DNA of 64,000 nt from positions 1-64,000 of the forward strand of contig NIVC01000230.1 in NCBI GenBank assembly GCA_002269645.1, in the 5' to 3' direction. Source of the stretch: Macrostomum lignano. Lineage: Eukaryota. How positions within the stretch are numbered: position 1 is the first letter of the stretch; every line of letters starts with the position of its first letter. The notes beneath the pieces are model-generated. The model was not told where the DNA came from and made no database searches. It was given only the letters and a program-made list of their open reading frames with translations. Below, piece after piece: positions 54,601-64,000 of the stretch. The position numbers and the translations under genes were made by a program.

Positions 54601-57114
54601 GACCTGGTTAAGATGCGATTCGAATTCCCAATCAAGTACATGTTCATGGCCGGACTTAAGGACTCGGAGTTCTTCCGGCACGTCTCCAAGGGATCATTTA
54701 AATGGTTGAACGAAAGCGATTCAAATGAATTACTGTTCTTGCAGCTGAATAATAGCAACGTCAAATATGTTGAGAAAGATGCGTTCGCAAATTTTGAGAA
54801 CATAGTTGTTATTTACCTGCACGACAACAATATTACCAGCATTAATCCGAGCCCTTTTATTGGAAACTGCTTTTTAAATAAAAATCTAAACCAGATCACG
54901 CTGCATAACAACAGAATGAACTACATCGACCCGGCAATAATTAATGGAACGTGTCCTGTGGGCCTTTCAGGTGTGAGCTTAAGCGGCAATCCGTGGCACT
55001 GCTCCTGCCATGGAAAATGGATCGAGCTCCACAAAACACTCATCCAGGACTCTAGAAAAACACAAACAGTATCGGACTTCCGAAATATGTATTGCACAAT
55101 TGACGCGTCTATAGTTGGTGCATGCACGGAGAACCGTGAAAATCTGCAATGGAGTGACGTATGCCAAAATGCAAATGATACGGCTAATTACCCAGTTGCC
55201 GACGAAGGCAGACTTGTCAAAGTTTGCGAGCTCATAGCGGACTCGGCAGTGCAGCAGCGAAGGCAGATCGTCCGGATGATTCTAACCTCAGTATTCGGTC
55301 TCGCGCTGCTCGGTGTCGCGATGCTCGCCGTCCGCCGTCGACACCGACTGCTGGCCGTGGTTCGAGTCCTCATCCTCCTCAAGTACCAGAGCAGTCGGCG
55401 ACTGCAGCAGCAGGCATCTCGGGACTCGCTGCCGTACGACGCGATGCTGTGGGCGTCGGACAGAGACCAGGACTGTCTGGTCGACGTGCTGAACTGCGTG
55501 CGCAGCGCCTCGGGCGGAGACGAGCTCGAGCTGTGCGTTCCGGAGAGCTTCCTCTACTCGGACCTGTGCTCCTGTCCACTCACCTACTTTGACTGTCCGG
55601 CTGAGGGAGCCAAGTTCAGCGGCAAGGTGGTGGTGGCTTTGTCCGAGAGGTTTCTCGACACCCAGTACCTGGCTCTGTGTCAGGTGATTCGAGAGCTCGA
55701 CAGCTTAGGTCGGAATCCGTTCAAGGACATCGTGTTTCTGCGCCTGAGCTCGCGCAGAGTGTCGCTTCAGCGCCAGAGACAGCTCGGACCTGAGGACGTG
55801 GAGGCGTTCCACACTCTGCAGAGAATCCTCGCAGAGAGCGACATCGAATACAAGTCCGTGGACTGGGAGTACAGACTCATCGAGCGCATTCGGAACCGAG
55901 ATCCGGCCGCTGTTCTCCTGTTGGACCGAACAGCGGAACTGGAGTTACCGACGGCAGCTGCTGGCGGTTCGGAAAGACCAGCCGCTACAGCAACTGCGGA
56001 GCTTCCTGATCTTCCTGACGATGAGCAGGCGCTGATTGTCGACGTTGAGCAGCCAGTTACGAGTAAGTATAACTGCCAGAGCTTTTTGTAGTCTCACTTG
56101 CCCCTTTAGTTGTTAATTTCGTTCCGAAAATTAAACTCTGATACGCAACTCTAGAGTACTACACGTAGCTCGTACATTGAGTTGAATTAGACATTTTCTT
56201 ATCTCGAGAAACTCATGATGCATCTAAAGAAACAATTTTTATTTGTAAAGCTCCAAGCTAACGTTTTAATCAACATATTCAAAAGTTCGAGCCGCCGCCG
56301 CTCCCGGTGCGGCTGTCAGTGACTGGCCACCGTTCCACTCGGACAAAGTGCCGGAGGTCTTCATCCTGTCTGCTCCTGAGTCCGCCTCTGACTCCGAGTC
56401 CCGAGCCGACCCAGATTCGAGCTCAAACACCGTCGTCGAGCTCATCGTTCGTCGCCTCCAAGGCGTTCGGCTCGGCACCAATGACGCGGCCCTGGCTGCT
56501 CGCTGGCCTGACAACTTCGAGGGCGCCTCGCCAGCCGGCCGCATCAACAGCTTCCTGATGAAGCGAACTCGCCAGTTCGTGCTGCTGCTCAGCAACGGCC
56601 TGCTCAGTTGGCTCAGAGACGAGGCCGAGCTGCAGTGCGAGTTCCAAGCCTTCCTCGCTGCGAACTCGTTCAGACGCCGCCTGCTGGTAGTTCAGGTTGG
56701 ACAGGTGAGACTGAGTGAGCAGGTGTGAGTTTTGAGTAGCTTTGCCTCACTGCTGTGTGAGTGAGACAGCTCTCCCTCACTGCTGTGTGTGAGTGAGACA
56801 GCTCTCCCTCCCTGCTGTGTGAGTGAGACAGCTCTCTCTCACTGCTTTGTGAGTGAGACAGCTCTCCCTCACTGCTGTGTGAGTGAGACAGCTCTCCCTC
56901 ACTGCTGTTTGAGTGAGTATCGATCTTTATTCACTCGCAGGTGGACAGCCGGTCGAGAGCTCGCTACCGGGCGCTGGCGAATCAGCGATTGGACGGCGGG
57001 GAGTCCGGGTCGGCGACGAACTGGTACGACATGAGCGCCGAGGACTGCGACGTCGAGGCGCTGGGGTTGTGGCTGGACGGAGTGCTGTACAAAAAGGCTG
57101 ATTTACGTAAATAA
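51627..57114 (+). CDS. multiple-cysteine-cluster (Toll-type) Toll-like receptor with two tandem TIR-like domains, about 1,380 aa; exons 51627-52936, 53815-56062, 56286-56704, 56941-57114; apparent 1-bp deletion near 52025
   Basis: Signal peptide MQAPTESLILLLACTLTALL; LRRs (LDLSFN, VNLSHN, LYLDEN, INLDSN, VRLHHN); internal LRRCT/LRRNT (PICDCSH..CFVKCIYGCRC); further LRRs; NPWHCSC; TM segment MILTSVFGLALLGVAMLAV; TIR1 (YDAMLW..LELCV..KVVVALSERFL); TIR2 (EVFILS..DNFEG..RQFVLLLS..CEF..RLLVVQ). All three introns are GT-AG and phase-compatible (0, 1, 0). Confidence 0.88.
56745..56917. repeat. 30-bp intronic minisatellite, 5-6 copies (GTGAGTGAGACAGCTCTCCCTCACTGCTGT)
   Basis: Read directly, in TLR intron 3. 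Confidence 0.95.
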
Positions 57115-57896
57115 TATTTAATTTTAAATTGGACATCCATGGCACATTTTGACTTGAATAGCTCGTACACTCTAAGAAACTAGAAAACGTAGACTTAAAT
57201 TCTGAAGTGTCATATAGACAATTTATATGTACTTATCCGTATATGGTATACGTACTTTAGTTGTTGAGGATTCAAACCTAGGCTACTATTAGTAGCTAGT
57301 ATAAATCTTCTCCACGAAGAAGTAGAAGAATTTATGCAGCGAATCTGTGCCATAGACCTATTTTTCGTATTTTGTACTTTATTTCCAGCTTTTTGACAGC
57401 GGTTTCTGGCAGACGTATCCGGAAGACGTTTGTCTTACTGTTTATTTGGTCGTGAGCTTTTTGGTCTTTTCGATTTCTTCATCGTGCGCCTATTTTTGTT
57501 TTGGAAAAAATCTTTAATCTTTTTTTAAGTTTTAATGCCTTCAGGTTGTTGCTGTCTTATTGTAGAGATCATCACTCGAAAACTTTTATAGCGAGCGTGT
57601 GAATTGGTTATAATTTTCTGGTAACTCTGCCATTTTTTTTCTTAGCTAAAGTACTAATCTTAGTTAGCTTAAAAATATGTACTTCCCTAAATTTTTAAAT
57701 ATCTGTATTAACAGAGTGTTTTTCATCGTTATCTATCGACAAATTATCCAAAAAGGTCGTGAGAACTTTTAACTTACGCCTGTGTACTTCTGAATGATAC
57801 ATGCAGCATATGAAGGAAGGTCTCAGTAGTCTATGGCTCTGAGCTGGCAGAGATTCTCGGACCTGAAAACGTCGGAGAGGTCCGCGTTTGGGCCGA

Positions 57897-58212
57897 GGTA
57901 GGTGAGCCTGTCCGTAGGTGAGCCTGTCCGTAGGTGAGCCTGTCCGTAGGTGAGCCTGTCCGTAGGTGAGCCTGTCCGTAGGTGAGCCTGTCCGTAGGTG
58001 AGCCTGTCCGTAGGTGAGCCTGTCCGTAGGTGAGCCTGTCCGTAGGTGAGCCTGTCCGTAGGTGAGCCTGTCCGTAGGTGAGCCTGTCCGTAGGTGAGCC
58101 TGTCCGTAGGTGAGCCTGTCCGTAGCTGAGCCTGTCCGTAGGTGAGCCTGTCCGTAGGTGAGCCTGTCCGTAGGTGAGCCTGTCCGTAGGTGCGCATGTC
58201 CGTAGGTGAGCC
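57897..58212. repeat. 16-bp minisatellite, about 19 copies (GTAGGTGAGCCTGTCC), expanded inside the LINE ORF
   Basis: Read directly. Confidence 0.97.
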
Positions 58213-58439
58213 TGGGGCGTTCACAGATGAAGTGCTCCGCATTCTCAACACCGGAGAGGCAGAATGGGCATTCCTCATTGCAGATTTTCCTCTTGAGGTA
58301 ACAACCGTGACCCGAGAGAGTCATGGTCACCGCCCTGATGTCCCTGCGGTTGAGTCCAAGTAGGGCCCCTCGAAGGGCGGTGGTAAGACAGGGGCCAGCC
58401 GCAGGCATTGCCGGTAGTCTGTGGCGTTAGAGGCATGCA

Positions 58440-59455
58440 ATAGTGGGCTCAGCACCAGGCTTACGAGCTACGGTCTGCGATCCTACACACCTGCACCCCC
58501 CCCCTTTATTCATGGTGCAGGAATGGCAGGAGAACTCTCTCCAAGCTGACTCACAAGCCGACCCAGGGGTTCACGTTCCGCATGTGTTCAAGGCAGCTCT
58601 AGGGCTGCTGGACTGACTGGGCTCCGGCGGTGGCAACCCATCCGTGGGCTTGGCCGCTTTGGGTACGGGCTCCGCCCGGAAGTGAACCTGTGCGTATCAG
58701 GTACCTCTGGCCACGGCTCTGAGGAACAGGTATCACCCTCTGACCTTAACAGGCTATGCGGCCAGTCCGCAGGCTCCGGGGACAGCCTTTTGTTCCCTCA
58801 AGGGCCCAGTGTACCACCGTGCTGATGCTCTTTTGGTTTGGCCTCTGGTTTTTCCAAGCCGGGCTCTTAGCCGGGGAGTTTCTCGGTTGCTAGCGGTCGG
58901 GCCGGTAAGGGCTTAAGCTACCCCCCGATCGCTACCTCTTGGCCTGGCTGTTGGGTTTGGGGTCACGGCGCAGCGTCTTCTCATCTCTAGCCCCCACTCG
59001 CCTTTCAGCGACTCATGGAGTATTCATTTACCTCCGCCACGTCCGAGGCTGCTGGAGCACCAAACAAGGTTGGTACCGCGGCTTAGCCGGACATTCGCAA
59101 CACCGGAACCTTGGGTGACTCTTAGTCAGCCCCTTCCGCCACTCAGGACAATACCGAAGTAGCTGGACAACAGGACGGCGGACCTCAGACCTCTAAAAAG
59201 AAGGCCCGTAGCATTGCTCGCTACAAAGCTTTTCTCCAGCCCAAAGCGGAGGAACGGAGGAGTGCGAAAGCCGCCTCTCCGGCCACCTCTGAGGAGGGTG
59301 CCGGTAACTCTGCGAATCTCGGAGAGAGGAGCCGACATCCGACAAGGCCCCTCCCGTGGTGGGACCTCTGCCCGTGTGGAAACTCCCACGGCCGCGGAGA
59401 GATCCAAAGCGGGGGACGCTGGCCAACTCTCCGGAGGAGCACCTCTCCGGTTCTT
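58440..59455 (+). mobile_element. about 1-kb GC-rich insert in the LINE, resembling the 5' UTR and ORF1 start of a LINE in opposite orientation
   Basis: Interrupts the minus-strand frame between LWVASK and HASNATDYRQC. The plus strand has a hairpin-rich leader, then broken low-complexity basic frames (SKKKARSIARYKAF..; GPSRGGTSARVETP). Confidence 0.4.
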
Positions 59456-60464
59456 TGATGCCACCCACAGGTTGATCCGAGTCGTGACAACGGGGGCCAC
59501 AGACAGGGGACCAGTAAAAGAACCGGTCGAGCCAGCCTTGGCCAGGCGATCGGCCAGCTTGTTGTCGGGGAGGTCCGAGTACCCCGGGATCCACCTTAGG
59601 GACACATTGTAGGAGGCGCTGAAGAGGTTAGGCTGCGCGATGCAGTCGAGGACTGTACGGAAGCTGGTGGTGGTACGTTCAAGTGGATAGGCGCTTGACT
59701 GTCTGAGTGGAGGATAATCTCCTTCCCCCGAACACGCTGATTGTACGGCTCCATGGCGCAGGAGCTGATGTCGAGAACTTCGTTCTGGAAGAAAACGGTA
59801 GAGCAGGTGCCGATTTGCTGGGAGAAGGTCTTCGCGGTTCTCCCTCCAGACACGATGCAGTAGCCGTAACCAGAGGCGGAGTTGATTTGGGACCCGTCAG
59901 TGAAGCAGTGAGTTTCACGGGCTTTCCAGTTGTCCCTTGTTTCGTGACGTGGTGGAATGCTGGTTTTGAATTTGAGCGAAGGACAGAGCGAGAACGGGAT
60001 TCCATCCGAGAGGGTCGACAGGCCTCCCACTGCTTTGATGTACGGCCGGAGGTTCCGCTTTCTGAAGGCGAGCAGACGGCGGGTGGTCTTCATTGCCTCC
60101 CTTCTGACAAAGAGGTCAAGGGGGAAGGTCCAGGAAGGTGCTCATTGCTGATAAGGGCGTCATGATAGCTCGACAAGCCCGGCCCTGCACCCTGTTAAGA
60201 GCTTCATGAACCCCTTTCACCTTCAGGGCACTGTTCGAATGAAGCTGGCAAAAGAGATGCCGGTCTCATAATGGAAGTGTACATCCACCAGAGGCGGCGG
60301 GGTGAAGCCACAGCTATAGCGCCGAGCAAACCCAGGAAGACTTTGAGCCGGCGAAGTGGGACTGCAAGATTTGCTCTCGCAATTTTCACCCCCATTACTT
60401 CATTGAAGCATCGGGTGGATATCAATGCATACGTAATAAGAGAAGCGAGTCGCTGTCAAGGAGG

Positions 60465-61330
60465 TGTCTGAAGCCTGGAGTGGTTCTATCCATCTTCCAG
60501 AACTCTCCTAATCTGAAAAGAAGGCACCGCGAGCAACGACAGTGACATCCTGTACGTACGCATCTCAGACGTACTCAGACATGAGCATGGAGAGAGAGAG
60601 AGAGAGAGCAGAGAGAGAGAGAGACGGAAGAAAGGATTAATGTCTTTCTGGAAGATTACTTCATTGTTGAGACGGACCTTCAGGAGATTCGGCGCAAGCT
60701 GAGCAGGAAGTGACCAAGCTAACTGAAGTTCAGACGGCTATCCAGGACCAAAAGCTCTGCGTCTTTATGCTATAGAGACACAGCCAGTGTGTCGTGTTTC
60801 TTGCTACATCTGCCTGGAAGAAGACCTTACTGTCACCTCGCCGGCAGAAGACCAAGACAATGAACTGCCGCTAAAAGCAAGCAAGAGGAAACACTTTGAC
60901 TCTCAGTCAGCTTGTGACTCTCATACTGAGAATAAAGTATTGAACGGAAGATTCCTGCAAGGCCGAGTCGCCACCTGAGACCAAGGTCTCTAGTCTGCTG
61001 GATGCGGTGCAAGACCTCTTGGAGGAAGGAGATGGGCTGAAGGACAATCGGACTGTGAGCTTTGCACTGGAGCAGTTGAAGCTGAGCAAGAAACCATAGT
61101 GCACAGGATGAGGTACTCCGAGGATCTCCTTGTGTTCTACTTGATACAACACCATGCTTGAGCAGGACGCCACCTGCCTCCCATCTGATCGCACGCCGAT
61201 GTCCATCACTGTAAAAGTTGGATCCTCAAGTGGCCTTGACAGCCAAGGGCTACCTTGAACTCTGAGAGCTTCAAAGCTGTCACAGATGGAGAAGGTCGTG
61301 ATCCTGGTCATCGACGAGATCTATATCGTC
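60465..61330 (+). pseudogene. THAP/P-element-like transposase N-terminal relic
   Basis: LKPGVVLSIF (THAP AVPTIF-like box), EQLKL, MRYSEDLLVF, CLPSDRT and EKVVILVIDEIYI occur in the expected order, with stops and frameshifts. Confidence 0.6.
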
Positions 61331-62662
61331 ATAATGTTAAAATTATTATATTAGTAGTAGAAGTGTCTCCAAATGAATCGCTTTTGTATGCTGTTGGTTG
61401 TTAAGACTTTCGTTACAGCCCTCTGAGAGATAAAACGCCCCCTGTTACTAACACAATAGCTGGGAATCGCTGCCAAAATGCGTGTGGGGAGCTTCCAGTC
61501 CAGTGATACTATTTCGAGGAGTCCCTGCTTTGACATACATGCACTCAGCCTATACATGTACACCACGAGGCCGTCCGTCCCAATCTCTAATAAATTTGAC
61601 ACTTTCTTTTTCACTAGCCGGCCATAAACTTTCTTTGGGTCAAGAACTGGCTCTCGTGTTGTCTGCTTCTCATTTTAATCGCAGATTGTTGACTCTTCAT
61701 AAGGTTTATATAAGGTTTATGGTAAGGTTAACAGCTTTTCTAAAGATTGAAAAATGAAAAATGAAATGAAAACTGATCGAAGCCATTTTGACGGCTGAGA
61801 AGGACTCAGCAGTCATTTTGCAGTTATTCTCCTTAAAATAATCGCTCAAATGCTTTTTTACTACTGCTAGTAGTACTCGAAAGAAAACTTTTCCTGCTGC
61901 TCGAACGTCCAACAAAACGTTATAAATTATATTATTAGTTCTTACAGCTCGGCCGGCAGATTCACGTCAAGCCAGTCAGTCAACTCGTTGATTAGCCATC
62001 CGCCCTGGAAGAATCGGCATGGAAGACCTAATTTCCCCAACCCGGCTTTCCTGCTATTCCAATATCATTCATCACGTATGAACGTATGTGCGTTTTAAAT
62101 CGTTTCATAAGTACCAACAATTGAAATATAAAAAACGCATTGAGCCTTCATAGAAGCTAACTTTAGTTACCATGAATTAGTTAAACTCGCAAGAATCGAA
62201 AGATTCAAGGTTCCTTTGGTTTGGTGAGATTTAAAGCATAATATCAGGAACTGCAAGTCTTTAAATTCGATGAAATCAATATTTCGCGCTTGTGATCTTG
62301 AATGTCCAGGTTCACCCTTAGGGACTGCACTGATTGCAGAACAACTAAACAGAATGCCACTGTAAATGCTGTTATTAAATTTAGAAAGTCAAGCTAATGA
62401 TTATTATCAGTTTGCCATCCAGGGTCTGGAGCTATCTAGCCATTTACTTGATGTTTTTGCGCAAATGGCGTTTCCTGTCATGCACGAATTTCTGCAAGCA
62501 TCGCAAGTTTTTGTTTATTTCGCAGAACATTTCTGCCTATGAAAGTTTGGTGCTTCTTCGCAGATAGTTAAAGACAATAAGCTAACTATATCAGTGCCTG
62601 ATGACGCCTTGTATTGAATCATTTTCTGGTTCCAAATCTTCTTTTTTAAAGCGTCACGTCGA

Positions 62663-63349
62663 AAAGGACGACTTAAGAAGGACGGGAAACCTCATTTCTA
62701 GGAAATATTTTGAAGGCAGGCTTTTCCGAAAACATACACTACGGAGATAGGAAGTTTTCATTATTTCAACACAAAAATTGTTTTTGCTTTTGATAGGAGG
62801 CAGATCCAGTGTTCATCTTTTGATATGTTGTGCTTGTCTTATTGCTCTATCGATATTTATAAAGCTTTTCGTTTAAAGAATTAGGATTCTATGTTAATTT
62901 TTACTCTACGTAATTTTCCTGCACTTAACAATCATAAAATGCATGGCACAGCTCCAATCTTTGGATTTATGAATCTATTTTATCATCTCTGTTACACATA
63001 TTTGTTACACAGTCAGCTAAGAATGATAAAATAGACTCATAAAACCAAAGAGCTGAGCCGTGCCATTTTAATGGTTTTTTAGGCACAAGACACGTGCAAA
63101 TGTACGTAGAATAAAAATTAACATAGAATCCTAATTCTTTAAACGAAAAGCTTTACAAATATCGATAGAGCAATAAGACAGGCACAGCATATCAAAAGAT
63201 GAACACTGGATCTGCCTCCTATCAAAAGCAATAACAATTTTTGTGCTGAAAAAAAGAAAACTTCCTATCTCCGTAGTGTATTTTTTCGTGAAAAACCTGC
63301 CTCCAAAAATTTTCTAAGAAACGAGGTCCTTATACTTAAGTCGTCCTTG
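62663..63349. mobile_element. foldback MITE, 687 bp, with an 8-bp TSD CACGTCGA (P or hAT superfamily)
   Basis: CACGTCGA at 62655-62662 and 63350-63357. Terminal AAGGACGACTTAAG inverted repeat; imperfect arms of about 325 bp around a roughly 35-bp spacer. Confidence 0.9.
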
Positions 63350-64000
63350 CACGTCGAGTGGGCTCAGTTAGCATTACTTTATTAACATTTCTGTATCCTC
63401 AACGAGACTTAAAAAGAAGCAGTGCTTGGACTGTGAAGCCTACATTGTTTCGCATATTCGTACAAAACGCGTACATTTGTTAGGGCTTGGCCATTCCTTC
63501 TTTGGTCAGCTCGAGCGCTGCGTCAGAGCGTAAATTTATAAGCTATTTAGTTGCTGCCTAGCAGAACTCCAGCCACCAATACTATCTTCATTTTGAGAGC
63601 TCGCTATTCGAGCAAAATAGCATTTCAAATTTGGAGTTGTCTATCTATCTCGGCTCAAGAGAGTCGTTATCTAACTTGGGTAGTTATATAGCTAGAGCTA
63701 TATACTACACTGCACAGATATGTGCGCTGGCACACGCCATTTACGCTTCGGGCTATTTGCTAATTTGTAAATATGTACGCGCTTGAAATGCTCGCAATTG
63801 TTCAATAGAGAGAGGGAGAGACCAGGTGGGGAGAGACGTAGAGAAGAGATCAGCATAGTTACGCTGTATGTAATTCGCAGGGCGTTGAGGCGGGTGGACA
63901 ACCATTCCGCAGCGCGATGGTTTATAGTAATAAAATGCATACAAGTCATTTATAGAACCCCTGTTTTCTTTTTGAATGCATTGGGTCTGCGCCCTCTGCG

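Larger units (their letters stand above)
57820..60460 (-). mobile_element. decayed, 5'-truncated non-LTR retrotransposon with RNase H (I-group, LOA/R1-like)
   Basis: Post-RT WWMYTSIMRP; RNase H motifs CFTDGS, TVFFQNEV, LHSDSQA, WIPGYS..NKLADRLAK; C-terminal LNRRDIR..LSGH..CPFC..ENAEHFICE. Many frameshifts. Confidence 0.88.

Noticed and set aside
58560-58700. HDV-like ribozyme fold using GGTTCAC/GTGAACC as P1
   Set aside because: P3 pairing and the GG needed for P1.1 are absent; kept only as a structured leader.
61351-61915. Short minus ORFs next to the THAP relic
   Set aside because: Probably another TE relic, but no diagnostic motif.
63555-63949. Possible small exon (NSSHQYYLHF...) and an 83-aa minus ORF near the window end
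   Set aside because: Weak donor and no homology; insufficient support.

Overview
Repeat-dense eukaryotic DNA, most likely from an invertebrate: GT-AG introns, micro- and minisatellites, and a 255-N gap at 44514-44768. The host species cannot be determined from this window. All protein assignments are motif recognition by eye; no database searches were run. Host-type genes: (i) a four-exon multiple-cysteine-cluster Toll-like receptor at 51627-57114 (+) whose splice phases join two tandem TIR-like domains, plus the 3' exons of a near-identical paralog at 44805-45473; (ii) the last two exons of an NXF1/TAP mRNA export factor at 6766-7975 (-) with unusual lesions; (iii) a Tudor-domain terminal exon at 26607-27122 (+). 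Mobile DNA: a nearly intact Chapaev transposon (31380-34988, CACGGTG TIRs, TGAA TSD), two decayed CACTA/EnSpm-type elements, a spliced C2H2-zinc-finger plus tyrosine-recombinase gene (36216-40243, Crypton-like, non-canonical catalytic motifs), a second Crypton-like relic, an RNase H-containing LINE, an RTE tail, a THAP/P-like relic, and several TIR-bounded non-autonomous elements. Several tandem arrays have higher-order structure. Many frameshifts are 1-bp losses in short G/C runs and may be assembly errors. The best candidates for something new are the double-TIR Toll receptor pair and the ZnF-tyrosine-recombinase element.
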